Source: Pirellulales bacterium (lineage in GTDB: Bacteria > Planctomycetota > Planctomycetia > Pirellulales > UBA1268). Taken from it: a DNA stretch of 64,000 nucleotides. Location: contig JBILKZ010000001.1 in NCBI GenBank assembly GCA_044376405.1, forward strand, positions 24,214 to 88,213, read 5' to 3'. Under the pieces are notes generated by a model. The model did no database searches. It saw only the letters and a list, made by a program, of their open reading frames with translations, and had not been told where the DNA came from. Made by a program: the position numbers and the translations under genes. Of this stretch, positions 43,356-52,262 are shown piece after piece. The number at the start of each line of letters is the position of its first letter. Position 1 is the first letter of the stretch.

Positions 43356-43571
43356 ATGAGCGAAAAAAACCTGGAAGAGCGGACGCGGTGGGTCTACGAC
43401 GAACGGGCTTTTCCGATCTGGAACGCCTCGTTCGACAAGACGGATCGCACCGAGATGATCCGAGAAGACCTCTGGGCGGGCCGCAGCATCGCGATTCTGC
43501 TGGCCGTGCTGGTGGCGATCGGGCTTGTTCTGGCGCTCGGGACCGTCGCGTTCGTCGCCAACTGGCGCTGA
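43356..43571 (+). CDS. small membrane protein, hypothetical
   Basis: ATG 43356, 71 aa (MSEKNLEERTRWVYDE...), with a C-terminal TM helix SIAILLAVLVAIGLVLALGTVAFV. Confidence 0.5.
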   Translation: MSEKNLEERTRWVYDERAFPIWNASFDKTDRTEMIREDLWAGRSIAILLAVLVAIGLVLALGTVAFVANWR

Positions 43572-43624
43572 CCGGCCAGACTGTTGCTGACCAGCCAGAC
43601 TGTTGCTGACCAGCCAGACTGTCG
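43568..43624 (+). repeat. 3 x 19-bp tandem repeat
   Basis: CTGACCGGCCAGACTGTTG / CTGACCAGCCAGACTGTTG / CTGACCAGCCAGACTGTCG. The repeat starts within the stop codon of the preceding small ORF. Confidence 0.9.
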
Positions 43625-43762
43625 AATTCGTAATCCGGGCGAACGGTCCGTGTCGGTGGTTGGGGCTCTCATTCGTTGACCGCCCCCCCATCCGGGCGTT
43701 AGGCTCATCGACTGAAATTTGGCGGGGTGGGACCTTCAGGTCCGGAATGTGGTGGGTGTTCC

Positions 43763-44761
43763 ATGTCGACTCGACCAGTGTTCACGTCTCAGTCGAGCCT
43801 GCGGTCCGAACCGGTGTCCGTGCGCGCCCCTGCGAAGCTGAATCTCTCGCTGGCGGTCCTGGCCCGACGTGCCGACGGCTTCCATGAGATCGAGTCGCTG
43901 ATGGTGCCCGTCACGCTCCACGATACCCTGCGGGTGCAGGTTTCGGACGTTCCCGGCATCAGGCTCCGCGTGAGGTTTGGCGGCAGGCTAGTGACGGCCG
44001 CCGGATCGGCGCTGGCCAACGACGTGCCGACCGATGCCAGCAATCTCGTGGTGAGGGCCGCGCAGAGCTTGGCCGTTGAAGCGGGTCTGGCGGAGTCGCC
44101 CGACTCGCCCTGTACTCCCGGACTCGACATTGATCTCGTGAAACGCATCCCTTCCGGTTCTGGTCTCGGCGGTGGATCGAGCGACGCGGCGGCGGTGCTG
44201 ATGGCGGCAAGGCAGGCCTGGGGGCTCGGCATTCCCGTTGACCAACTCGCTGAGATCGGCGCACGGATCGGCAGCGATGTGCCGGTGTTTTTTGCCGGAG
44301 GCGCCGCGATCGCGAGGGGACGCGGCGAGCAGATCGAGATGGTGGCCGGACTGCCTCCGCTCCATGCCGTGATCGCCCGGCCGTTGGCCGGTCTGTCGAC
44401 CGCGGCGGTCTACGCACAGTGCACGCCGGATGCCTCGAGGCGTGGGACATCGCAGCGGCTGGCCGCCGCGCTGGCCTCCGGGCGTTTCCGCGGTGCGCTT
44501 CCGCTCATGCACAACAGTCTGGAAGAGCCGGCACGGAACATGTGCGCTGAGGTGGCACGCCTGCTCGATCACTTTGCGAGGGCCGGCGCGGCGCACCCGA
44601 TGCTCACCGGCAGCGGGAGCGCCTGCTTTGCACTGATGCGTTCGGCCACGGAGGCGCGGCGCGTGGCTGCGCGGCTCGAGATGGCGGGATGGCCAGGAGT
44701 GTTTGCCGTGAGGCTCGCGCCCACGGCCCGTGAGCCGCTGGCCGCCGCGGTGTGCGCATGA
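43763..44761 (+). CDS. ispE: 4-(cytidine 5'-diphospho)-2-C-methyl-D-erythritol kinase
   Basis: ATG 43763. APAKLNLSLAV and the GHMP kinase motif IPSGSGLGGGSSDAAA. Confidence 0.88.
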   Translation: MSTRPVFTSQSSLRSEPVSVRAPAKLNLSLAVLARRADGFHEIESLMVPVTLHDTLRVQVSDVPGIRLRVRFGGRLVTAAGSALANDVPTDASNLVVRAAQSLAVEAGLAESPDSPCTPGLDIDLVKRIPSGSGLGGGSSDAAAVLMAARQAWGLGIPVDQLAEIGARIGSDVPVFFAGGAAIARGRGEQIEMVAGLPPLHAVIARPLAGLSTAAVYAQCTPDASRRGTSQRLAAALASGRFRGALPLMHNSLEEPARNMCAEVARLLDHFARAGAAHPMLTGSGSACFALMRSATEARRVAARLEMAGWPGVFAVRLAPTAREPLAAAVCA

Positions 44762-44850
44762 TGTGCGAAGGAGCGATGTGATCGGTTGAGGATGTCCACT
44801 GTCGGCGGCCTGGGGAGGTGCGGCCGGCAGAAGGGAAGGGGGCGTGAGAG

Positions 44851-45291
44851 ATGGAAATCACCGAAGTTCGGATCAAGCTCGTTGAAAACGCCGCGGAGCG
44901 ACTGCTGGCGTTCTGTTCGATCACGATCAGCGCCGCCTTCGTGGTCCGGGATCTGAAGATCATCGGCGGCCCCAACGGGCCGTTTGTGGCCATGCCCAGC
45001 CGGAAACTGTGTGCGCACTGCCATGCGTGCGGATGCAAGAACACCTTCAAGGCCAGCTACTGCAACCAGTGCGGCACGAAGCTTGTGGAGGGCCAGCCGC
45101 CGCGGGATGGCGATGGCCGGATCCGGCTCTACGCCGACATCGCCCACCCGATCAAAGCGGCCTGTCGGGACATGATCCAAAAGCGAGTCGTGAGCGAATA
45201 CGAGGCGGAGCTCGTCCGCGCTCGGGAACCAGGGTATGTCTCGCGTTACGAGGGGATCGGCGACGAGGAACATCGTCCACCGCGGCGTTAA
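44851..45291 (+). CDS. spoVG: SpoVG family protein with an inserted zinc-ribbon
   Basis: MEITEVRIKLVEN...LLAFCSITISAAFVVRDLKIIGGPNGPFVAMPSRK ... YADIAHPI matches SpoVG. The insert between these parts is CAHCHACGCKNTFKASYCNQCG. Confidence 0.85.
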   Translation: MEITEVRIKLVENAAERLLAFCSITISAAFVVRDLKIIGGPNGPFVAMPSRKLCAHCHACGCKNTFKASYCNQCGTKLVEGQPPRDGDGRIRLYADIAHPIKAACRDMIQKRVVSEYEAELVRAREPGYVSRYEGIGDEEHRPPRR

Positions 45292-45303
45292 GTCTCGCCG
45301 AGC

Positions 45304-46161
45304 CTACTGCCGCACGAGCGTGTGGAAATCAGTGGTCAACCGGGCCGTGATCGGACCAGGCGTGCCTGAGCCCACCTTGCGGCCGTCGATCTCGACGACC
45401 GGGATCACCTCCGCCGCCGTGCCCGTCAGGAAGCACTCATCGGCGGTGTAGAGATCGTAGCGGGTGAGCGTCGCTTCGCCGCAGTCGATGCCGGCCGCAT
45501 GGGCGAGGTCCATCACCGCGCCGCGGGTGATGCCCTCGAGGATGCCGGCATCCGGAGGCGGCGTGAGCAGCCGGCCACCGCGCACAACGAACAGATTGTC
45601 GCCCGTGCACTCCGCTACCTCGCCCTTGTGGTTGAGCATCAGCGCCTCGACGCAGCCTGCCTGCAGGCCCTCGAGCTTGGCCATGATGTTGTTCAGATAG
45701 TTGAGCGACTTGATCCGCGGAGAGAGCGCCGCCGAATGCACCCGCTGCGTGGCCGCTGTCACGATCCGCAGTCCCTTCTCGTAGAACTCCCGTGGGTAGA
45801 GGCTGATCGTGTCGGCGATCACGATCACCTGCGGGTTCTTCGTGCGGTTGGGATCGAGTCCAAGGCTGCCGGCGCCGCGGGTGACGACCAGTCGCACATA
45901 GCCATCGATGAGCTTATTGGCGGCCAGCGTGTCGTTCACCGCCTGTGCCACGACATCCTTCGCCAACGGAATCTCCAGGGCGATCGCTCGGGCGCTAGCC
46001 CAGAGCCGGTCGAGGTGGGCGTCGAGACGGAAGACGCGGCCGGAATAACTCCGCAAGCCCTCGAACACGCCGTCGCCGTAAAGCAGCCCGTGGTCGAAGA
46101 CGCTGACCTTGGCCTCTTCCTCCGGCACGAGACGGTCGTTCATGAAGATGATCCGCGGCAT
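45304..46161 (-). CDS. ilvE: branched-chain amino acid aminotransferase (class IV)
   Basis: 285 aa. VSVFDHGLLYGDGVFEGLRSY...FRLDAHLDRL and ...TRGAGSLGL... are typical of fold-type IV aminotransferases. Confidence 0.9.
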   Translation of the reverse strand: MPRIIFMNDRLVPEEEAKVSVFDHGLLYGDGVFEGLRSYSGRVFRLDAHLDRLWASARAIALEIPLAKDVVAQAVNDTLAANKLIDGYVRLVVTRGAGSLGLDPNRTKNPQVIVIADTISLYPREFYEKGLRIVTAATQRVHSAALSPRIKSLNYLNNIMAKLEGLQAGCVEALMLNHKGEVAECTGDNLFVVRGGRLLTPPPDAGILEGITRGAVMDLAHAAGIDCGEATLTRYDLYTADECFLTGTAAEVIPVVEIDGRKVGSGTPGPITARLTTDFHTLVRQ

Positions 46162-46251
46162 GATCGGTCTCGTGGGCTAGGAGAAGTCGGGCGAGAGAAC
46201 ACTGCTCATGATAGAAGGCAGACGTAAACACGTGAGACTGGACAACCAGCC

Positions 46252-46977
46252 TCACGCATCAGCGACCCGACCGGCCGCCAGTCTTACGATTCTGGCTGCG
46301 CGGCGGGCGATCGCCGCATCGTGCGTGACGAGCACTATAGAAAGGCCGTCCCGCCGGTTCAACTCGCAGAGGGCGTCGAGGATGCCGGCCCCGCTGGCCT
46401 CGTCGAGATTCCCGGTCGGCTCGTCGGCGAGGAGCACGCTGGGCTGCGTCACCAGGGCCCGGGCGATGGCCACCCGCTGCATTTCGCCGCCCGACAGCTG
46501 CCGCGGCTTGTGGTGTAGGCGGCCCCCCAGGCCGAAGCGGTCGAGCAGGCTTCGGGCCCGCTCGTTGGCCGAGGCTCGCACCCGCATCCATTCCATCACG
46601 CCATGTCGCACCATCAGCGGCGCGAGCACGTTTTCCAGGGCATTCAGTTCGGGCAACAGGTGGTACGACTGAAACACCATCCCGATGGCGGTGTTTCGCA
46701 GGCGGTCGCGGCGGGCGGCGGGCAGGTTGTCGATCCGCGTGCCTTGCAGATGCACCTCCCCGGAATCGGGGGCGTCGAGCAGGCCCATGAGGTGCAAGAG
46801 CGTGCTCTTGCCCGACCCGCTCTGGCCGATCACGGCCGCGAAGCCGCCCGGCTCGAGGGCGAAGTCGACACCACGGAGCACTTCCAGCATGCCGCCGCCA
46901 GAACGGTAGCTCTTGCGGACGTCGCAGACGCGGAGCATCGCCTCTTCGCCGGCCAGGCCTGTGGCACTGTCAGTCAT
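46252..46977 (-). CDS. lolD: ABC transporter ATP-binding protein, LolD-like
   Basis: Walker A GQSGSGKST, signature LSGGEMQRVAIARAL and Walker B LLADEPTGNLD. Overlaps the permease gene by 8 nt. Confidence 0.85.
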   Translation of the reverse strand: MTDSATGLAGEEAMLRVCDVRKSYRSGGGMLEVLRGVDFALEPGGFAAVIGQSGSGKSTLLHLMGLLDAPDSGEVHLQGTRIDNLPAARRDRLRNTAIGMVFQSYHLLPELNALENVLAPLMVRHGVMEWMRVRASANERARSLLDRFGLGGRLHHKPRQLSGGEMQRVAIARALVTQPSVLLADEPTGNLDEASGAGILDALCELNRRDGLSIVLVTHDAAIARRAARIVRLAAGRVADA

Positions 46978-48592
46978 GACGCAGCGCCTCCACGGGATGG
47001 AGGCGGGCCGCCCGTAAGGCCGGCAGCACGCTCGCCGCCACGGCGATCCCCACGGCGCCGACGATGATCCAGGCCACCGTGAAGGGATTCACGATCGTCG
47101 GAATCTTGAAGAAGTAGTAGATCGACGGATCGAACACCCGCTGGCCCGTGCACCATTCCACCCCCGCGCGGATCGCGTTGATGTTCCAGGTGATGGCCAG
47201 GCCCAGCGCCAGGCCGACGCCCGCCCCGACCAGCCCGAGGAAGAGCCCGTAGCCCAGGAAGATGCCGGCGATGCCGGCGGAGCCGGCGCCGAGCGACTTG
47301 AGGATCCCGATGTCGCGGGTCTTCTCCACCACGATCATGAAGAAGATGGCGAGGATGCCAAAGCCGGCGACGGCGATGATCAAGAACAGGAGAATGTTGA
47401 GCACGGCCATCTCCATGTCGACGGCCGAGAGGAGCGGCCCCTGCTTGTCTCGCCAGGATGAGACCGCATACATCTCGGCCGGGAAGGCCTTCCGCAGCCG
47501 GTCGCGAACGACGTTCAGATCGGCGCCAGGCTTGAGTTTGATCTGGATCGAGTTGACGCTCGGGATGCCCGTCTGCGGATCGATCATGCCCCGCATCCGC
47601 TGCAGCGCCGCAATCGGCACGAAGACGAAGTTTGAGTCGTATTCGCTCATCTTGCTCTCGTAGAAGTCGACGATCGTGAAGGTGTCGCTGACGGCCTTGG
47701 GCGGCGTGCCGGCGGTGGGGAAGGTGATCTTCACGTCGTCACCGGGCAGCACGAGAAACCGGTCGACGCCGTCGGAGTCGCGGAAGCTCGCCAGCCCGAT
47801 GCCCGGCACGATGCCGGTGAACTGTTCCTTGGCCGGATCCATCGTGTCGCCCTCCTCGGGCCGCGCGGCACGGAAGGGGTCACTCCGGGCGGCTCCTGCT
47901 GCGGGTGCGGCGTTGCCGTCTGTGGCGGGCTTGCTGCCGTCGGCCGTGGTCGCTGCCAGTACGGCGTCGACCTGCTGATCGATCGGCCGGGCCGGCTGTC
48001 CGGCCGCATCGCGTGCTCCCATCTTCTCCCGCCAGAGTTTCTCGCGGGCCACCCGCATCCGCCGGTGCGTCCAGCCGGCGGCCTCCATCGCAGGGCGGGT
48101 CGGCCCGTTCTCGCCGGCCTTGCCCTCCGCCTGGCTGTCGAATGTGTCGTAGCCGCCGTCGCGGAGATTGAAGGAGAGCTGGCGGCGGTTCTCGGGATGC
48201 TGGAGGTAGGAGCCGAAGTCGCTCACGCCGCTGTGTGTCGTCTCGTCGATGCCGATAAACATCACCTGCCGCGTGAGCCACTGGCCGCGGACCTGGAAGC
48301 TGAGCATGGCGGGAACGGCCACCGTGGGCGTCATCCCCTCGATATCGCCGCCGGCCGCGCGGGTGATCTCCTCCATGTGCCACTTCGGATCCTGGAAGCC
48401 CGAGAGCGAGTGGCTCTCGAACACGAGGTCGGAGAGGATGCCGTGGATCCGTGTCTGCATCTCGTGGGAGAAGCCGGCCATCACCGCGTTGACGACGATC
48501 ATCGTCGCCACGCCGAGCATCACGCTGGCGACGCACACCAGCGCGATCCAGCGGGTGCGGAGATACCGCCAGCAGAGGAGGAGTTTGTACAT
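46970..48592 (-). CDS. ABC transporter permease, LolC/E (FtsX/MacB-type)
   Basis: 540 aa. N-terminal TM helix, large periplasmic domain with a low-complexity insert, and a C-terminal FtsX-type three-helix bundle. Confidence 0.85.
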   Translation of the reverse strand: MYKLLLCWRYLRTRWIALVCVASVMLGVATMIVVNAVMAGFSHEMQTRIHGILSDLVFESHSLSGFQDPKWHMEEITRAAGGDIEGMTPTVAVPAMLSFQVRGQWLTRQVMFIGIDETTHSGVSDFGSYLQHPENRRQLSFNLRDGGYDTFDSQAEGKAGENGPTRPAMEAAGWTHRRMRVAREKLWREKMGARDAAGQPARPIDQQVDAVLAATTADGSKPATDGNAAPAAGAARSDPFRAARPEEGDTMDPAKEQFTGIVPGIGLASFRDSDGVDRFLVLPGDDVKITFPTAGTPPKAVSDTFTIVDFYESKMSEYDSNFVFVPIAALQRMRGMIDPQTGIPSVNSIQIKLKPGADLNVVRDRLRKAFPAEMYAVSSWRDKQGPLLSAVDMEMAVLNILLFLIIAVAGFGILAIFFMIVVEKTRDIGILKSLGAGSAGIAGIFLGYGLFLGLVGAGVGLALGLAITWNINAIRAGVEWCTGQRVFDPSIYYFFKIPTIVNPFTVAWIIVGAVGIAVAASVLPALRAARLHPVEALRHD

Positions 48593-48628
48593 AGTGGCTC
48601 TGGCTCGCAGGCGGGGACGGTGACGCGA

Positions 48629-50146
48629 TCAGCCTTCCGCGTGCGGGCGGTGGATGGGAAACAGGATCACGTCGCGGATCGACGGCGCGGCCGTGAGAAA
48701 CATCACCAGCCGGTCGATGCCGATGCCGAGGCCGCCGGCCGGCGGCATGCCGTGCCGCAGGGCGCGGATGAAGTCGGTGTCCATCCGGGCCATCGATTCC
48801 TCCTGGGCGAGCCCGGCCAGCTGCGTGCGGAAGAGCTCTTCCTGCAGGTCGGGGTCGTTGAGCTCGGTATAGGCGTTGGCCAGTTCGATGCCGGCCACGT
48901 AGAGCTCGAACCGCTCAGCGACGTGCGGGTCGTCGGCCTTGCGCTTCGTGAGCGGGCAGATGGCAGCGGGATAATCGATGACGAACACCGGTCCGGAGAG
49001 CGTCTTCTCCACCGTGGCCTCGAAGAGATCGCTCTTGATGACGTCGGCGTGCCGGCCGGCCGTCTCGATGCCGCGGGCTGCAGCTTCCGCGGCCACGCTC
49101 GCGGGATCGGCCGGATTGCAGCCGGTCACCTCGGCGATGAGGTCGTCGTATTTCGCACGGCGGAAGGGGGGGGTGAGGTCGACCGTGTGTCCCATCCATT
49201 CGAATCGCGTCGGCGTGCCGGCGGCCTTCGCCGCTTCCACGAAGATCGCCTCGGTGAGGTCCATCATCGTGAAGTAGTCGCCGTAGGCCTCGTAGGCCTC
49301 CATCATCGTGAACTCGGGGTTGTGCCGCGGGCTCACGCCCTCGTTGCGATAGACGCGGCCCAGTTCAAACACCCTTTCCATGCCGCCCACGAGCAGTCGC
49401 TTGAGATGCAGCTCCAGCGCGATGCGGAGCACCAGCGGCATGTCGAGCGCGTTGTGGTGGGTCTTGAACGGCCGGGCCGCCGCGCCGCCGGCGCTCTCCT
49501 GAAGCGTGGGGCCTTCGACTTCGAGGTAGCCTCGCGATGACAGCACGCGGCGGACCGCCTCCACGATCCGGCACCGGGCCACGAAGCGGTCGCGTACCCC
49601 CTCGCCGTGGATGAGGTCGAGATACCGCATCCGCTGCCGCAGGTCGGCGTCGACCAAGCCGTGATACTTGTCGGGCGGCGTCTCCAATGACTTCGTGAGA
49701 AACTCGATGCCCGAGGCGAAGACGGTCATCTCGCCGGTCTTCGAATGGCCGAGACGCCCGTCGAAGCCGACGAGGTCACCGAGGTCGAGGCAGTCGATGA
49801 TCTTCCAGGCATCGGGGCCGACCTGCTTCTTGCCGAGCATGATCTGAATCCGGCCGGTGCGATCGTGGAGATCGATGAAGACGAGGCTGCCGGCGCTTCG
49901 CAGGAGCATGATCCGGCCGGCCACGCGGACGGCGGGGCCGGCTGTGAACTCGGGCGAGGGATCGAGCGTGGCCCCCGTGCCGCGGACCTCCGCGATCGGC
50001 GTGGCGCTGTCGTATCGCTTGCCCCAGGGGTCGATCCCGAGGCCGCGGAGCTTTTCGAGCTTGTCGCGGCGGGCCTTTTCCAGGCCTGATGTGGTGGTGG
50101 CTGCAGGGGCGGCCGAGGCGGGGATAGGTTCCTGTGGCTGTGACAC
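48629..50146 (-). CDS. lysS: lysine--tRNA ligase (class II)
   Basis: OB-fold (VRVAGRIMLLRSAGSLVFIDLHDRTGRIQI) and class II motifs (YRNEGVSPRHNPEFTMMEAY, GGLGIGIDRLVMFL). The in-frame GTG at 50146 is proposed as the start, giving 505 aa. The track ORF extends to 50353 through a repeat-rich non-coding-looking stretch. Confidence 0.92.
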   Translation of the reverse strand: MSQPQEPIPASAAPAATTTSGLEKARRDKLEKLRGLGIDPWGKRYDSATPIAEVRGTGATLDPSPEFTAGPAVRVAGRIMLLRSAGSLVFIDLHDRTGRIQIMLGKKQVGPDAWKIIDCLDLGDLVGFDGRLGHSKTGEMTVFASGIEFLTKSLETPPDKYHGLVDADLRQRMRYLDLIHGEGVRDRFVARCRIVEAVRRVLSSRGYLEVEGPTLQESAGGAAARPFKTHHNALDMPLVLRIALELHLKRLLVGGMERVFELGRVYRNEGVSPRHNPEFTMMEAYEAYGDYFTMMDLTEAIFVEAAKAAGTPTRFEWMGHTVDLTPPFRRAKYDDLIAEVTGCNPADPASVAAEAAARGIETAGRHADVIKSDLFEATVEKTLSGPVFVIDYPAAICPLTKRKADDPHVAERFELYVAGIELANAYTELNDPDLQEELFRTQLAGLAQEESMARMDTDFIRALRHGMPPAGGLGIGIDRLVMFLTAAPSIRDVILFPIHRPHAEG

Positions 50147-50180
50147 GTGCGTCTCGGGGGCCGGGGGAGAATGGGGGTGG

Positions 50181-50256
50181 CGGAATCCGACATCCAAAAC
50201 CGGATTCCAAAACCTGATTCCAAAACCTGGAAACCCAGATTTGGAAACCCGGATTG
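50181..50256. repeat. short tandem/inverted repeats in the lysS / VOC divergent intergenic region
   Basis: CCAAAACCGGATT / CCAAAACCTGATT / CCAAAACCTGGAA (50194-50232) followed by GGAAACCC x2. GGAATCCG at 50183 is the inverse of CGGATTCC at 50201. Confidence 0.8.
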
Positions 50257-50338
50257 TCGGCTTTTCCGGCGATTTCGAGAAGGTGGGATTTCTACGGGTG
50301 TCGCCCGCGGAAAAGCGGGGTGTATAACGCCCGGTCTT

Positions 50339-50710
50339 ATGACCCTTCATCAACGCCCCAGCCTGTTCAGCGTCGAACTGCGGACCGCCCGCTGGGAGGA
50401 ACTGCTCGAGTGGTATCGCAACGTGCTGGGCCTGCGGGTGCTCGTCCGCGTGGTGGACGACGGCTACGCGCTCTTCGAGGCGGGCGACACGCGGCTGGCG
50501 ATCCTGAATCGACCGTCACCAGGTGAGCCGAGCCAACGCTGGAGTCTGGGCTTCGAAGTTGTCGATCTCGACGCGGTGCACGCGCGGCTGGCGGCGACCG
50601 ACTCCGACGTGACGGCACCGAAACTTCACGCCGAGGGCTTTCGGGAACTGATCACCGCCGATCCCGACGGCAACCGCATCCGGCTCTTCTCATGGCCGGT
50701 GGGTCATTGA
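50339..50710 (+). CDS. VOC (glyoxalase/bleomycin-resistance) family protein
   Basis: ATG 50339, 123 aa. WYRNVLGLRV...ALFEAGDTRLAI...GFEVVDLDAVHARL...ITADPDGNRIRLF. Confidence 0.75.
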   Translation: MTLHQRPSLFSVELRTARWEELLEWYRNVLGLRVLVRVVDDGYALFEAGDTRLAILNRPSPGEPSQRWSLGFEVVDLDAVHARLAATDSDVTAPKLHAEGFRELITADPDGNRIRLFSWPVGH

Positions 50711-50790
50711 AAAGGGGACGCAGCTCTTTTCCAGGTCATTGAAAAGGGGACGCAGCTCTTTTCCAGACGGAAAAGAGCTGCGTCCCCTTT
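50703..50790. terminator. palindromic element family 2 with duplicated left arm
   Basis: GTCATTGAAAAGGGGACGCAGCTCTTTTCCAG occurs twice in perfect tandem (50703-50734, 50735-50766). The right arm GGAAAAGAGCTGCGTCCCCTTT follows at 50769-50790. The element covers the stops of both convergent genes. Confidence 0.8.
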
Positions 50791-51361
50791 ATTCGCCGGG
50801 CTCCATCTGCGTGCTGGTGGTGGCCGCGAAGTAGAGCGTGACGGCCGCCATGCCGAGGCCGAAGAGCAGGATCAGCGCGAGGGCAATCCCCATCGCGCAG
50901 CCTGCCCGGCCGTCGTCGGAGGCGAGCGCGGCGAGCTTGCCCTCGCTTAATGTCGCCGTCGGCGCGGAACCCGCGTGGATCTCCTCAGCACTGCGCGCCT
51001 GGTCTTGATTGACCGAGCTGTCGAGGGCGAGCAGGAAGCCCCGCGCGTGGCGGAAGAAAAGGATCGGGCAGAGCACGGCGGCTGTGAGGCAGACGGCGAG
51101 CGTCGTTTCATTCGAGAGGCCGAGGCCCATCACCAAGACCGCATACAGGGCCCCGGTGAGGATCACCGTGGCGCCATAATTCAGATAGATTGACCCGAGA
51201 TAGAAGCCCGGCTCCCGCGCGTAGGAGAAGCCACAGTGCGGGCAGGCATCGTGCATGCGAAACCAGCCGCGGAAGAGCGGCCCGATCCCGCACCGCGGGC
51301 AGCGGAGCTGCACGGCGTGTGAGAAAACGCGGAAGCGTGCGAAAGGCTCGGCGGGCCTCAC
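50789..51361 (-). CDS. DUF983 domain-containing membrane protein
   Basis: LRCPRCGIGPLFRGWFRMHDACPHCGFSYAREPGFYLGSIYLNY. The GTG at 51361 overlaps the upstream stop (GTGA). An alternative GTG at 51397 is the track start. Confidence 0.75.
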   Translation of the reverse strand: MRPAEPFARFRVFSHAVQLRCPRCGIGPLFRGWFRMHDACPHCGFSYAREPGFYLGSIYLNYGATVILTGALYAVLVMGLGLSNETTLAVCLTAAVLCPILFFRHARGFLLALDSSVNQDQARSAEEIHAGSAPTATLSEGKLAALASDDGRAGCAMGIALALILLFGLGMAAVTLYFAATTSTQMEPGE

Positions 51362-52158
51362 AGCGGCTTCAGCCGGATGTTGCGGTACTCCGCCCACATC
51401 GGCTTGCCGCCGTGGAGTTGCAGAGCCAACACGCCCTTGGCGAGCGCCCGCTTCGCATCGTTGTCGGTGAAGTCGAGGATCAGCCGGCCGTTCAAGTAGT
51501 GGCGGATGTGGTTGCCCTCGGCGCGGATCACCACGTCGTTCCAGTCGTCAACCTTCATGATGTCCTTGAAGGCCTCCTGGTCGATGAGCGGTGTCGCCCC
51601 CACCTTCTTTCCCCCCTCGGTCTCCCAGGTGGCCTGTTCGCCCACGTTGCAGATACGGGCCCGTGAGCCGCCTTCGTCATAGATGAAGCCCGACACGTTC
51701 GGAAACGTTTCCTCGTTACGGATCTCGTGCTGATAGCCACGGACCACCCATTTGTTTTTTGCCGAGTCGTCGGTGATGTGCTTCGAGCGGTATTGAATGC
51801 CGGAGTTGTTGGTGGCGTTGCAGCGGAAGGAGAGCCGCAGGTCAAAGTCGCCCACCTCGCCTCCCTTCCAGATCAGAAACGTGTTGCCGGCCGCCACGTT
51901 CTCGGGCGTCGTCTCGCCATGGATCACGCCATCGCGCACGCTCCAGAGCCGGGGATCGCCATCCCAGCCGTCGAGATCCTTGCCGTCGAAGAGTTGCTGC
52001 ATGCCGGCGGGCTCCGCCGGTGCAGCGGTGGCCAGCGTCGCTGTGGCCTGCTCCGCCTGAACGTGAATCATGGCAGCGGGGAACGCTGCGCAGGCGAGGG
52101 CTGCGACCACGGCTCCCCTCAAACCTAGAGACGATCGGCGGCATTGGTCGGCGGTCAT
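51358..52158 (-). CDS. DUF1080 domain-containing protein (3-keto-disaccharide hydrolase-like)
   Basis: ATG 52158 gives a signal peptide. LFDGKDLDGWDGDPRLWSVRDGVIHG, NSGIQYRS, ...LALQLHGGKPMWAEYRNIRLKPL. Confidence 0.85.
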   Translation of the reverse strand: MTADQCRRSSLGLRGAVVAALACAAFPAAMIHVQAEQATATLATAAPAEPAGMQQLFDGKDLDGWDGDPRLWSVRDGVIHGETTPENVAAGNTFLIWKGGEVGDFDLRLSFRCNATNNSGIQYRSKHITDDSAKNKWVVRGYQHEIRNEETFPNVSGFIYDEGGSRARICNVGEQATWETEGGKKVGATPLIDQEAFKDIMKVDDWNDVVIRAEGNHIRHYLNGRLILDFTDNDAKRALAKGVLALQLHGGKPMWAEYRNIRLKPL

Positions 52159-52262
52159 GGAAGCCTCGAAAAAAAGGTGGTTTTCTGAACAGTCGTTCGA
52201 GAATACTGCTGGCAGAGGGTGGGGTGCAAGCAACGTGATCCCGACCGACGTGCCCTGCCGGC

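Noticed and set aside
50147-50353. 69-codon N-terminal extension of the lysS ORF
   Set aside because: It runs through the 13-bp tandem repeats and overlaps the divergent VOC gene start. Its sequence (FGIRFWNPVLDVGF...) is repeat-derived. A LysRS of about 505 aa starting at GTG 50146 matches normal length.
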